DNA of 64,000 nucleotides, filler included, from Sanchytrium tribonematis (Eukaryota), in assembly GCA_018985235.1 (NCBI GenBank). It is 12 parts of 12 records of this genome, joined end to end, with 100 filler letters (N's around TTAATTAATTAA, not from the genome) between each part and the next. Parts side by side here need not be neighbours in the genome. Positions count along the whole stretch, not along the records: positions 1 to 22,759 come from JADGIG010000079.1; positions 22,860 to 26,609 come from JADGIG010000808.1; positions 26,710 to 30,449 come from JADGIG010000809.1; positions 30,550 to 34,288 come from JADGIG010000810.1; 8 more parts are not named here. One strand, given 5' to 3'. Within the stretch, counting starts at the first letter, position 1. Each line of letters opens with the position of its first letter. Under the pieces are notes generated by a model, which did not search any database, had not been told where the DNA came from, and saw only the letters and a program-made list of their open reading frames with translations. Of this stretch, positions 19,874 to 31,739 are shown in pieces. Made by a program: the position numbers and the translations under genes.

Positions 19874-22759
19874 ATGGACTATACCTCGTACCATTCGCAA
19901 TTAGCACCTTTATTAAAACAACTCACGAAGAAGGATATCAAAACTCAAACAAAAGCTGCAAAAGAAATTTTGGAACTTATTAAAGTAGACAAAGAAGCGC
20001 TTTACGAAACACAACGATTGTGGGTATTCATTTTTACAAATACAGCCCTGCAGCAACTTCAATTGCGGAAGGTTATTTTAGATATTAATTATTACTTATT
20101 CAGGACGCTAAAAAAGGAAATGGCCCCTACAATTAAAGATATTTTTGGTTTGTGGTTATTGAACTATGCTGATGTCGAAGTGGCCAGTACTTCATTATCT
20201 CTATTTCCAAACATTTTCAAAGTTTTGGAATTCTCTAAAGATGTTGTACCAAGTTATCTTGTTGCCAATCTATCAGACAAAGAATGGACTGGTTCCGCTT
20301 CAATAGCAATTGATTATATTTTAGATCAAAGTTCAGTGTATTTTGACCACTACATAGAATTTATTGAAAAAAATTTAAGCAAAACTAATCATATAAATCA
20401 TTATAAGCTTTTGTATAAACTATTGAAATTAAATAAGATTGAAAATCAGTCATTTTTAGTTACAAAATGTCTCAGCGACTATTCTGGTCTTGAATCACAA
20501 TACTTTTGGAATATTTTGTGCTTCGATACGCTTGTTCCTCTTATTAATAAGGACATGCTCAGATCATTTCTGAAAGGAGTTTTAGGCCTTCCGGAATTCA
20601 GGCTTAAAACTATATTTATTCAACTAATGCAATTTTTTAAGTTTTTAGAAGCAAATTTTGGGAATCAGTATATTGTAGAAATATTGGCTTCTTGTTTAAG
20701 CAGAGATAGAATACAATGCACCAGATTATATTGCGAATTTGCTTCTGATGAAGAATGTCTTCAAACAATACGAGACAAAACTCTCAACGAAAAATTAAGA
20801 TTAAATATATTGGATAAAGTTGTTGACAAAATGCCGAGTGACGTAATTTCTAATTTCGATGAATTTAAAAATGACGCTATTGTGATTTTAAGCTTGAAAA
20901 ATACTGTGGATATAGAAGATATTGCTCAATTGTTGAACCAGAACGATCCAAAATTTTTATCTGTCCAAATATCCGATAAACAAGCTGAAGTTTTGTTGAC
21001 AACTTTAAAAAATTTTAAACTCGATACAAATATGTATTTAAAGTTGATAAAAACGCAGAAGCTATGGGAATTGGTTGCACAGCTGCTACTTCCAAGTCAT
21101 TCCTCAATATTTATAGAACTTATCGACGATTGTGCATGCTTCGAATCTGGTTTCATGGTTGATTTGGAAGAAAAGATTTTAAGTATCCCTGTCAGAGATC
21201 AGTTGGTCTTTTATACATTTGAATCGCTACTGCCAATTTTGCCAGTATTAGATTTAAAAACTGATTTGGTATTAGAATTATTATTTCACCATGATAGGCT
21301 TGGGCCATTGTTTGAAAAAAGGCCCGAAGAAGTGTCAAATTTATTGCTAGTTCTTCTTAAAGATGAAGAGTTTCATGATAGTCTCGAATTTATACCTGAA
21401 GTCGTCTTGTCACATTTGAGCCCAAAACTTTGCAGCGAGGATTTGGTCAGAAAAGCATCTCAAATATTTTCGACTAAATTGTTTGAAATATTTTGCTACG
21501 AAAATTTGCCTCTGTTGGATGCAACTACTTATTATTCATATTCCATTTTAGATACCACGGACGCGTATATTCTTCATAAGCATTTCAATAAGAACTTTAA
21601 TTTTGATGAGAGTGATTATGTGATCTTACTCGAGAAAGTTCCTCTTAAAAAATTGATGTACAATTGTATGAAGCATAAAGACATAAAAATCGAATTAGAA
21701 GCCACTTTTTTTGCAAATTTGGAAAAACCTCACCAGGAAAGAGCACTTAGACAACTTAATAGCAATAATGATTACATTATATTTATTTTGGCCATGCGAT
21801 CGGGGAATTTGCCCAAATACTTTGGCACTGCCACCCAGTATGCAAAAAGTTATAAAGAAGACAAATTATTCGATGGTAAAGTTGCTTCAATTTTAGGTTG
21901 TAGTATTATCAAAGGAGAGGTTGATGTAAAAAAAGACGAAATGGTTGATTCTAAATCAATTGAAGACTTGACTTTCGAAGGATTAGTAGGTTTGCTTCAG
22001 TATTCGCAGCAGGGTCCTCTTGTCGAAATATTAAAGTTTAATAACTCAATATTTTCAAAAAAATTAGAAAAACTTCTTATTAAACGTATTAATCTGATTG
22101 ATAATATTGAAAATTACTACGATGTACTCATATCGCCAAATTTAGCATATCCCAGGGTTTGGTCCGCGCTGCTTTACAAGTGTGTTGCGATTGAAATGGA
22201 ATATTTAGCCTTAAATTTGATGAGGAGACCGGATGAAGAAGTTGATATCGGAATATTCGCACAATATCTGGGATCTCAGCTTGTCAATATGACTTCCTGG
22301 TTTGTATTATTTGACTGTTTAAAAAGATTTAATGTGCAAATTAAAAACATTTATGTTGAAAAGCTAGACCTGGGCCCTAAGATTTTTGATGTTTTACAAA
22401 AAATAATTAAAACCTTAAATTTAAATTCTCCAAAACCCTGCATTGTCTCAAAGCTCCAGAACTATTCGACATATCTCTCTTCTGAAGGTAAAAATTCTCA
22501 ATTATTGCTATTTTCCGGGCTGCTGGAGTTGTTTGGTAATGAATGCCGTGAATTTTTTGTCAACACTTCCAATATGCAGTTGAATTTAAATGCCCAAAAA
22601 TTAGTTGGAAAGACAAACATCCAGCATTTTGTCGAAAATCAAGTATCTGAGCTATCTGAAAGATTTAAATTTGACACTATACATTTGAAGGTATTGCGAA
22701 ATTCTCTTGGGGTTGATTGCCGCGTATTTCACGAAATTGATGACGAAAAATTGGAAGCA
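19874..22759 (+). CDS. LTN1: E3 ubiquitin ligase listerin (LTN1/RKR1), 3'-truncated at contig end
   Basis: N-terminal LKQLTKKDIKTQTKA matches the LTN1 NTD, followed by HEAT-like helices; ends at the start of the RWD region (HEIDDEKLE). Confidence 0.78.
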
Positions 22760-22859
22760 NNNNNNNNNNNNNNNNNNNNNNNNNNNNNNNNNNNNNNNNN
22801 NNNTTAATTAATTAANNNNNNNNNNNNNNNNNNNNNNNNNNNNNNNNNNNNNNNNNNNN
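22760..22859. other. Artificial contig linker (44N-TTAATTAATTAA-44N); also at 26610, 30450, 34289, 38127, 41963, 45797, 49628, 53457, 57271, 61085
   Basis: Identical 100-bp spacer with stops in all six frames; enclosed contigs are 3750, 3740, 3739, 3738, 3736, 3734, 3731, 3729, 3714 and 3714 bp, i.e. size-sorted. Confidence 0.98.
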
Positions 22860-23039
22860 ATGAATGAATTTGACCCCTAAATAAGTGACTGAGGCATGTA
22901 AACTGGTGAGTAACCAGGGATATTGGAAATCATTCAATAAATATTTGGAATGTAGTGTGAGGATAATACTACATGCAACATAGAGTATGAGCCATAGATA
23001 TCTATTTTGAGAGAGGGTCTCCTGTTTGGAATCACTCAT
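22860..23039 (-). CDS. Triose-phosphate / nucleotide-sugar transporter family, N-terminal fragment
   Basis: LWLILYVACSIILTLHSKYLLNDFQYPWLLTSLH TPT-family start; cut by linker. Confidence 0.75.
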
Positions 23040-23339
23040 TATTTCAAATTGGGGGAAGTTTTGATTTTTATGAAAAATTAGCCAATGATTGAGATCCAAT
23101 CAACCTTGCTTAATTGTATTAGTTTATTTTACATAGATCAAATGTATTTAAATTATCTACATCTTCGTGTCATAAATTAATAAAATATCTAGAGAAAATA
23201 CCTCAAAATGCCTGTTTCCTTCTCAAGTAAAAGTAAGGGGTATCTAAGGGACCATCTAATACTGTAAACTCAAACAGTAGATGTCGATTAGTCCCTATTT
23301 AACCATAGATCAATTTATTCACATCTCCTTATTTACAAA

Positions 23340-23576
23340 ATGACTCCAAAACCATCTAAATTGTCAAAACACAATCATAATTCTGGTAAAAGCATCAGAA
23401 GCACTCAAAAAACGGTAAATGTGAACCAACAACCCACATTGACCAAATATGATGGCGATGTTTATGCAATTCGTCATCCTCTGATTCACCAAATTAATAA
23501 AATGATTCATCCGATGTTAATTGACTATAGAATTCAAATGCGAGATGATAATAAAAAGTATCTCCATGATGATTGA
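23340..23576 (+). CDS. Orphan 78-aa protein, paralog of 24301-24624
   Basis: Shares PT...AIRHP...HP...DYR..MR...KK with the neighbour. Confidence 0.65.
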   Translation: MTPKPSKLSKHNHNSGKSIRSTQKTVNVNQQPTLTKYDGDVYAIRHPLIHQINKMIHPMLIDYRIQMRDDNKKYLHDD

Positions 23577-24300
23577 AAAAAATAAATGCATTATCTCTCG
23601 ATTTAAAACAATAGATACCCCCAAATTAGTCATTCTGCATCGAAAGAAATTGCCCCTTGTAGCACCGATTTTTGAGAATATAGTTTGAAGTTGGAAGGAA
23701 CATAGTAGCTTGTTGTTTTGCATTAGCTGTAGTAGAAAGATTGGAGAGAATACACGGGTAGTCTTGAAAAAACACGCAAACTGTCTGTTTTTGTGTTTGA
23801 TTGCTTGAAAGACCAATATAGACTGCACTCTTTAAATTGATGAAATTAAGCGATAAATAGAGCTGCTTAAGATATTTTCAATACTAAATGGCTCAAAATT
23901 GGCTTTCTCTAGCAGGTTTGAGAGCTCTTTTGAATCTTTAAAAATACGATTTCTTCAATTCTTCTTAGTGCTACATGCCTGGGATTGTAAAAATCAACTG
24001 TAGTAGTTGTATTACAGTAATTAAACGTATTTGAAATTAGGAATTAGCATCCATATCCCCATTTAACCATGTCAGCATCTGATTGGCTGTAAAATATTTC
24101 AAATCTCCGTGTGCCATCTGCAAATGCCATATTTAGTGGCGAAATAGGACAATAACAAATTAAGCCTTGGTTAATTATTTTTATTCTTTATAATTTTAGT
24201 GACTAATTAATTGCGAATCATTTAATCCGAAATTATCCGATCTATAAATATCGATTACTGATTTTACCATCGTTCCCCGTGTAAACAAGTGAAATACGAC

Positions 24301-24624
24301 ATGCCAACGCACCAAATCTATCCACAACCGCATCCCCTCCCAATTGAAGACGAAGAGGAAAGTTCAAAAAGTAATGTAGTGACATCTAAGAAGAAAGAAA
24401 ACCAAGAGCGTCGCAATTTCGCTGGTTATGCCACTTTGCAAGCAACACCCATGAAAAACGTACCTCATGAGCCTACATACGTGGTATTCTCAAATGGAAA
24501 TAGCGCCATTCGTCACCCGATTGTCTTTACTATTCATGAACACATGCACCCAGTATTTGAAGACTATCGCGTCAAGATGAGAGAAGAAACTGAGATTAAG
24601 AAGAAGCATATTTACGCGGAATAA
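24301..24624 (+). CDS. Orphan 107-aa protein, paralog of 23340-23576
   Basis: AIRHPIVFTIHEHMHPVFEDYRVKMR; stop embedded in TAAATAAA. Confidence 0.7.
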   Translation: MPTHQIYPQPHPLPIEDEEESSKSNVVTSKKKENQERRNFAGYATLQATPMKNVPHEPTYVVFSNGNSAIRHPIVFTIHEHMHPVFEDYRVKMREETEIKKKHIYAE

Positions 24625-24862
24625 ATAAATGTGTTACATTATCGAGAGCTCACCGTGCCAGTGTCTTCGATGGTCCTTGGAGATGACATCGACGATTGAA
24701 ACACAATGAAAACTCCGCAAGTCAAATTTTTTGTGACTAGATCCCCATGTCAATGACTTGAATTTTTGTTTGTTGTTTTTTAACTTTTAAATAATTGTGT
24801 TGGTTTAGTCTTCCATTGATCTGCATGGTCAGCTCATTTTCTGCATAAAATCAAAATATTTA

Positions 24863-25666
24863 TTAAACTTCATCCATTTCCATATGATCCAATGGCCTAT
24901 ATGCACTATCATGTCTTTCCCGATTACAATCATCCAATAAATCATCAAAGAATCGAATCACAAAGTAAAATCTCAAAACATACGAAAATCCCCGCAAATG
25001 TCGATCTAAATTACTCAATGCAAATTTAGATACAATTAATAAAATGTCAAATGCTACCAAGCACAACATGGAAGCAGATAATTCATTGGTTAATTTACGA
25101 CGTGCTTTGGTGCGATATTCTAAAATATCTTTAATGCGCTGTAAAAGCACCAAATACAAGTAGATTTCACCACTCGCAATTAATATACTAAATAAAATAC
25201 CAGTAATAAATGAAATTGACTTGAAAATGTCATTTAATGCGCCATTTGTGTATAATGCTAAAATACTAATGATATTCACAGGAATCATGATGAATAAGAA
25301 ATAGTATGGAATACGGTGGATTAATCTACCATGGCTATGATATCCACCTAATGATTCAATGCGTTTGACGTAAATGAGTGCAGCAGTGAAAATCATGAGA
25401 TACCATCCGATATTGCCAATTATGACGTGGTAGATATATGGGATATTGAAGTAGAGTACTAAGATTTGCATAGTTGAGAAGATCATGCTGCTACATAATC
25501 CAATGTTCAATAAAATGTAAAATGGTTTCTTCTTTGAGGGAAAGACAAAATAAGCTGTTGTGATGGATTGGACGAATAATAGCCAGTCTGCACCATAGAG
25601 TGCGAATGCCATGATCTCGTGGAAATCCATTGGATTGGGCATTTGTTTTGAATTGACTCCGAGCAT
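24863..25666 (-). CDS. Orphan ~7-TM membrane protein (GPCR-like topology)
   Basis: About seven hydrophobic segments and a short acidic C-tail. Confidence 0.6.
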   Translation of the reverse strand: MLGVNSKQMPNPMDFHEIMAFALYGADWLLFVQSITTAYFVFPSKKKPFYILLNIGLCSSMIFSTMQILVLYFNIPYIYHVIIGNIGWYLMIFTAALIYVKRIESLGGYHSHGRLIHRIPYYFLFIMIPVNIISILALYTNGALNDIFKSISFITGILFSILIASGEIYLYLVLLQRIKDILEYRTKARRKLTNELSASMLCLVAFDILLIVSKFALSNLDRHLRGFSYVLRFYFVIRFFDDLLDDCNRERHDSAYRPLDHMEMDEV

Positions 25667-25745
25667 TACCGACCATTTTAGAGAGTTTCAAAAAAGAATC
25701 AAATTTGTGTTTCATCTAAAAATTAGTCTCTCATTTTGGTGAAAC

Positions 25746-26345
25746 ATGAATGCTTCTACGACTTGTAAATTGCAACCAAAAGCAACCGCGCCTTCAACTG
25801 AGTGGCAATTTTACAACTATGAATTAAATTCAAGTATCAATAAGGAGCTGAGCCCTTTCAAGGTTTATCACTTGATGAAAACACAATCTTTAAGACCATT
25901 TTATGCTGGATTAGTCAATTGCATTTGTAAATCTGCTAATTTGGAGATGCGAGTGCCCAGGGATTATAAATATGAAATTGATATTATTTTGGCCAATTTT
26001 GATATTTCTAAAATGAATCATAAAGATGCTAGAAATCTACTTTTTGATATTCTGAATGAGAACTTTACATTCTCAAATCCATTGGACCCATATGTTTTAA
26101 TGATTTTGTCAAATGCGTTGGATCTGGAAAAAGATAAAATTGTAAAAGCTAATTTATCCCACTTTACGAGATCCATGAATCAAAGTGATCAATCACTCAT
26201 TAATCTGTATTTTGATAAGTCATTATACAAGGGAATGTTACCAGTTGTAGGCATCGAAAGAAAGTTTTTACAGCAATCTCAACGTGAATTAAAATATTTA
26301 CATTTTATAAGTAGCAAACAAGCTCATCGTCTTTATTCATTATGA
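25746..26345 (+). CDS. Hypothetical protein
   Basis: 199-aa ATG-initiated ORF divergent from the 7TM gene. Confidence 0.5.
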   Translation: MNASTTCKLQPKATAPSTEWQFYNYELNSSINKELSPFKVYHLMKTQSLRPFYAGLVNCICKSANLEMRVPRDYKYEIDIILANFDISKMNHKDARNLLFDILNENFTFSNPLDPYVLMILSNALDLEKDKIVKANLSHFTRSMNQSDQSLINLYFDKSLYKGMLPVVGIERKFLQQSQRELKYLHFISSKQAHRLYSL

Positions 26346-26911
26346 TGACAGTTGCGATGTTGTCAGAGATGCAATGAAAGTGAAATCACAAGATCGATTT
26401 ACTTGATAAAACGGCAAATTTTATCAAGGACAGAAATTTTGTGTGTCACAATATTAATGGAATATCTTTAAATGACACCAAATTGATAAATTACACTAAT
26501 ATTTACAAAGATTTAGTCATTGCAACAAATCAATGGGTTAAAAATATTGATTTTATTAAATAAATTAATTTAAACTATTTTGTGGCACTTGTAAATTTGA
26601 GTGAAATGANNNNNNNNNNNNNNNNNNNNNNNNNNNNNNNNNNNNNNNNNNNNTTAATTAATTAANNNNNNNNNNNNNNNNNNNNNNNNNNNNNNNNNNN
26701 NNNNNNNNNAGCTAATGCAAATGTCGATTGTAACATGTAAATCATACTCAATGGATGATTTTGCAGTTTAAATACAATGCAATATCGTGTGATTGGTCGG
26801 CAAGGTTGATTTTTAACCATGAAACAATCCTGATTGGCATCAATCTAATTCAAATCCACTTGCATTCCCTTGTACGCATTTGCATCAAATAATCATGTCT
26901 AGCAGTCGCAT

Positions 26912-26930
26912 GTGACGTCACGTCACGTCA
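26912..26930. promoter_or_regulatory. Overlapping TGACGTCA/ACGTC (CRE-like) repeat
   Basis: GTGACGTCACGTCACGTCA in intergenic DNA; reverse CCAAT boxes (ATTGG) near 26792 and 26833. Confidence 0.3.
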
Positions 26931-26949
26931 ATTTATTTATGTAAATAAT

Positions 26950-27843
26950 TTATTCAAATAATTGACGTTTCAATTCTCTCAATACAAATGGAAGTGCAAT
27001 TAATTCAAAGAATGCCCCAATAGATGCAGTCGCAATTGTCCCTTCTACATGTACCACATGATTTAGAGCAGTATAATAAGCATGTTTCACATCTGCATAA
27101 TCAGTTGCATCATATTCCTTGCATTGTTTCGCAGTCAATACCCCTAATTGGACTGCTGCACACGTCCCATCTTGTTTTAATTTATTACATTCTTCATTTA
27201 AATCATCAGTTAATGTCTGACAATCACCAGTAGTTGGATCTATATAATTCACATCTTCACATCCGTATTTATTGCAATATTGTCCTGGACGTACGACTTC
27301 AATACATTGAAATCCAAAGATGCAATTATCTTTAATATACTGCTCTGCTTCATTCTTTAATTGAGTGGCAGTAGATCTTCTCGTATACGCTGGTTTTAAT
27401 TTGGGAATAAATCGTTGATAACCAATGACTGTGCCATACATCGTACCACCTAATAATGTCGCATATAAAAGTGCTAATATCAATCTACCAACTCGTTTGC
27501 GTGTCCATGGTCTATTAATGAAGATTGGACCCTGTTCCAATGTATTTAATTTGCCTCTTTTTAATAATTCATGCTTTTTAATATCAATACCAAATAGAAT
27601 ATCAGTCATGGTGTGTTTAGAATCTGGATGAGTTGCAATAGATTCTTTAAATTGTTTCAATTTGATGGATACTTGATCATGAATATTTACTGGAATATTG
27701 CAAATACCATCTAAATAGATTTGTTGAATGCATTTAGCTGCAGTTTCTTGATGGCGTGTGACTGTATCGACTAGATCATTGCCAGTATCCATGACATTTA
27801 TGGGCAATTGAGTGGCGAATAAAATGGCAATTGGAATCAACAT
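26950..27843 (-). CDS. Orphan Cys-rich secretory/membrane protein
   Basis: Signal-like MLIPIAILFA, LLKR dibasic site, TM helix, Cys-rich domain, C-terminal hydrophobic helix. Confidence 0.7.
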   Translation of the reverse strand: MLIPIAILFATQLPINVMDTGNDLVDTVTRHQETAAKCIQQIYLDGICNIPVNIHDQVSIKLKQFKESIATHPDSKHTMTDILFGIDIKKHELLKRGKLNTLEQGPIFINRPWTRKRVGRLILALLYATLLGGTMYGTVIGYQRFIPKLKPAYTRRSTATQLKNEAEQYIKDNCIFGFQCIEVVRPGQYCNKYGCEDVNYIDPTTGDCQTLTDDLNEECNKLKQDGTCAAVQLGVLTAKQCKEYDATDYADVKHAYYTALNHVVHVEGTIATASIGAFFELIALPFVLRELKRQLFE

Positions 27844-28021
27844 GACATAGCAATGCACTGAATGCGTTTTGAAGATAAAATGATGTCATTTATGGTGTCA
27901 TTACAAGTATTTGACATCACATGGTTCATCACTGGTTCAAAATATGGTGTGATTTGTTAAACACGTCAATTTATTCTTTCAAATCACCAAATCACTACCA
28001 ATCATTTATATTTCTATTATT

Positions 28022-28323
28022 TTATTTCTCAAATAATGTTCTATTCAATGCTTTTAATAAAAGTGGAAGTGAGATCAATTCTGAAAATGCACTTATGGCA
28101 GCTACAGCAATAGCTCCTTTTACATTTGTTTGATGTGAAATGGCATTCAAAACTTCCTTTTGCGCAGGATTATAATTTGTTGTAAAGTAATGCATTGTTC
28201 TGCTGTATATTGTCCTAATTGGGCAACAACACAAGTACCATTCGATTTAAGAGATTCACACGTTGTGGTAATTTCATTGGATAGCGTGACACATTCACCA
28301 TTAGTTGAATCAATATAATCTAC
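28022..28323 (-). pseudogene. 5'-truncated, frameshifted paralog of 26950-27843
   Basis: VDYIDSTNGECVTLSNEITTTCESLKSNGTCVVAQLGQYTAEQC, then a frameshift into AISHQTNVKGAIAVAAISAFSELISLPLLLKALNRTLFEK; both parts align to the neighbour. Confidence 0.8.
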
Positions 28324-28369
28324 TTATCACTAGATTTTAAATCAAATCATTGGTCAAAAACACGTGAAT

Positions 28370-29348
28370 TTATTGAATAACTGCAATTTTTAATGATTCT
28401 TTGCGCATATAAGATGGATCTACAGGTAATGATTGATTCGATTCTTTAATTTGTTTGAGTAAACTATCGATATTCTTGGAATAAGTGGGATAATCCGTTG
28501 GAACACGTTCTATAGTATGGTGTTTACCAGGCATTAAATTACCCATGATTTCTTGTTCAACAGAGGCTGTTTGTGGCTATATTAATATATATTACATTCT
28601 CTATTTTATTACGTAATTCGATAATGGCAGCATCACGTCGTTCTTGAGGGATTTCTTCTTCTTTAGAAATCTTACCATCTCGTAAAGTGATGACTTTACT
28701 TGCGAAATTCTTTAAATAGACATCGTGGGTAACCATAATCATGGTCATATTCTTTTCTTGATTTAATCTGACCAATAAATCAATGACTTTTAATGTATTA
28801 TTCGTATCTAAATCACCAGTGGGTTCATCTAATAATAACAAGTCGGGATCATTACTAATGGCTCTGGCAATGGTTGTTCTCTGCATTTCTCCTCCTGACA
28901 TTTGATTTGGATAGTGATTTAATCTTTCACCCAGTCCCATTAAAGATAAATCATCAATCGCCTTCTTTTTACGCTCATTGACACTTAATTTACCTTTTAA
29001 TTCCATTGGAAGTGTGACATTCTCTAATGCTGTCATATTACCGAGTAAATTAAAAGTTTGAAAGACAAAACCCATTTTATGAAGACGAAGATACGCTAAT
29101 ACTTCATCTTTTGTAGCAGAATTGACTACTGTATTGCATATCTTCAATTCTCCCTTTGTAGGTCTGTCAATAGTCCCAATACAGTTTAATAATGAACTTT
29201 TACCTCCTCCAGAATTACCATAAATGATGAGCCAGTCTCCTCTAGCTACTTTTAAATTAATACCTCTTAGTGCTGGTACGCCCTCTATACCTAGTAAATA
29301 TGTCTTGTGAATATTAATTAATTCCACGATAGTCTCTCTTTTAGACAT
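28370..29348 (-). CDS. Stand-alone LolD/MacB-type ABC ATPase (AbcH-like), two exons (29348-28596, 28576-28370), 319 aa
   Basis: GNSGGGKS Walker A, GFVFQTFNL, HYPNQMSGGEMQR, LLLLDEPTGDLD, MVTHD; 19-nt intron extends the frame by 69 codons. Confidence 0.9.
28577..28595 (-). other. 19-nt intron in the ABC ATPase gene
   Basis: GTAATATATATTAATATAG; fits the consensus and opens the downstream exon PQTASVEQ...TDYPTY. Confidence 0.75.
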
Positions 29349-29419
29349 TTTTAGAATTTTACAAGCCACTTGATATTGACAGAAATTGGTTGAAATTGGT
29401 ATTTATTGAATTAAGGACA

Positions 29420-30381
29420 TTAAAATACACTTCCTATACTCTCAAACCAGTTAATAAATGTGGTATCTCTTTGTAATACCTTGTAAAATTCATCATAAGT
29501 AATAATCTCTTTTTTAAAAACCCGTTCAACAATTTCATCAGTCGCACTTTGACTAATTAAATCAATTGGGGGTGAAATAGGACTAGTACTTTTTGGTATA
29601 GCAGCATTAAACAGTGAACTAATGGGTTTATCTGTCCCCAAATCCGTATTTTGCAAATCATGCATTCCTAAATAAATTCATGTATACCGTGCAAAACATC
29701 TCTGACCATGGTCTGACTCAGCTTCACATACGCTTTAATCATAAATCCCATATCTTGCTTGCTAATAAACCCATCATTGTCCACATCGTACGCATCAAAA
29801 CACATTTTAGATTTCTCCATTAAATTCCCTCTGCATAAAATGCTTAATCCACTGACAAACTCAATAAATGTCAACTTATTGTCTTTATCCATATCCCATG
29901 CCTTGAATAACCGATCTACCAATAAATTCCTTTCTAATCCAAATGGGCCCACGCAACTCAAAAAGATCTCATTTGTAATCACATTGCTTTCTGCTACAGA
30001 ATTAAACTGTTTACTCAATGATTTCACTTCTAAATATGAGAAATGAGTGGCATATGTCAAATAAATCAAATCTTCTTCAGTAATTTCATTATTTTTACCA
30101 TGATAAAATGGACGTAATAAAGAGAGACGAGGATTGATTAATGGTGGAATTGGAATGGTGATTCTTCCAAAGATGTGATTGGAATTATGGGTGTCATGCT
30201 GTAAACAATTAGAGCAAGTATCATAATCTTCACAATTTAAGCATTTAAATCGAATTCCTTTGACGGGTGATTGACCACATGAATTGCAAGTAATACCACG
30301 ATGAATAATGGACTCTTTTTCAGCTTGATCTTTGGCTACCAAGTGAAAACATTCTAATAATTTATCAAGATGGGATTGCAT
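29420..30381 (-). CDS. ZZ zinc finger + NCS1/recoverin-like EF-hand protein, two exons (30381-29688, 29667-29420), 313 aa
   Basis: HRGITCNSC...GIRFKCLNCEDYDTC ZZ finger; EF-hands DMDKDNKLTFIEF and YDVDNDGFIS; exons joined by a 20-nt intron. Confidence 0.88.
29668..29687 (-). other. 20-nt intron in the ZZ/EF-hand gene
   Basis: GTATACATGAATTTATTTAG, phase 1, joins ...VLH-G-MHDLQ. Confidence 0.82.
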
Positions 30382-30549
30382 TGAAACAGTGTTTGATCAC
30401 ATTCTGAAATGATTTCAAGTGGATGGAATTCATTTCACAATCATTTTGCNNNNNNNNNNNNNNNNNNNNNNNNNNNNNNNNNNNNNNNNNNNNTTAATTA
30501 ATTAANNNNNNNNNNNNNNNNNNNNNNNNNNNNNNNNNNNNNNNNNNNN

Positions 30550-31696
30550 TCTACATAATATTAAAACTGAGGACCCATTTGAAAAGCAGCTAGAAGGGCA
30601 AATCAATGGAGATACATGGGTACACAAAGTGCTTGCCTTAAATCAAGAATATAGTCAGGCAAATTGTGACAGTGTTTTTGAGAGTCTTTATGCTGAAGGT
30701 ATTAAAATTCCGATATCGATGGCTTCTAGGTATATTTACGAATTTAAGCAAGATTCTTATTACTTTGGTTTACATCCTCGCTATGCATTGCTAAACAAAA
30801 ATTACCTATTCCCTAAAATTGAAGCATCTATTCTTGAAGAGCTCCAAAATCTTCTTTTATCCCAGTTGAATAAAAATTGATTTCACTTATCCTTGTCACA
30901 AATGGGACTGAAGGGAATGCCCAAAATTTGGGTCAAGTTTAAGAATTCTGTAATTGAAAACAGTAGAAGCAGCAAAACCATATATAATGAGGCCGGTGAT
31001 TTTGTGGTAGGCGTGATTGCTGGCAAGAATTTTGCAAAACCGGACACTAATATTATGGTGCACAAAAAAGAATTGGAAACCGCCAAGTTATTTGTGGCCT
31101 CTATTATTAAAACAATGGAAAAACAAGGATGTGTTTGTGGTTTTTGTAGAACTAGCCATCCATTGAAAACTTTTGACAATTTGGAAATTCAGAAATATAT
31201 TGTAAAGATTTGGAAATATCTTCACGAAAAATGTTTGATTGAAATGAAGTCCAAAAATGCAGATGAAAATTCTACTGAAACAAAAGATCATGATGAATTG
31301 GAAATGAAAATATTTACACAACTTCAAAACACTGCCTGGACCAGGCTCAAAGATTTATATCCATACTGCAAAAAGCACTCTTCAATTGTGGCAGCTAAAA
31401 ATGATATTAATGAAGACAACGATGATTATGGTTGTCTTGGTTGTGGTGAAAAATGCAATTTTTCTAATAAGAAAAAGAGTCTTTGCAAACTATGTCATGC
31501 GTTGGATCTTAAGGAAGCTGGCTCCAGTAAGAACGCTCTTTATCTTAATCACATTAAGATGGCCGGTATATCGGACGAAGAGGTTGAACTTCATAAGATA
31601 AAAGTGGAGCAGTACCATAAAGCACCCGCTAATTTACATGCAGGAGGGTATTCTGATGAAAGCGATGGTTATGAATCTCGATCAAGTGATGATTAA
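30550..31696 (+). pseudogene. Unknown Cys-motif protein, 5'-truncated, with one in-frame TGA at 30878-30880
   Basis: ORFs 30629-30880 and 30893-31696 are in the same frame; CxCxxC and CxxC...CxxC motifs. Confidence 0.4.
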
Positions 31697-31739
31697 TAAA
31701 TTTTGAGTTTTTGTTTTGTACTTTGACAAAGGAGAGAAA

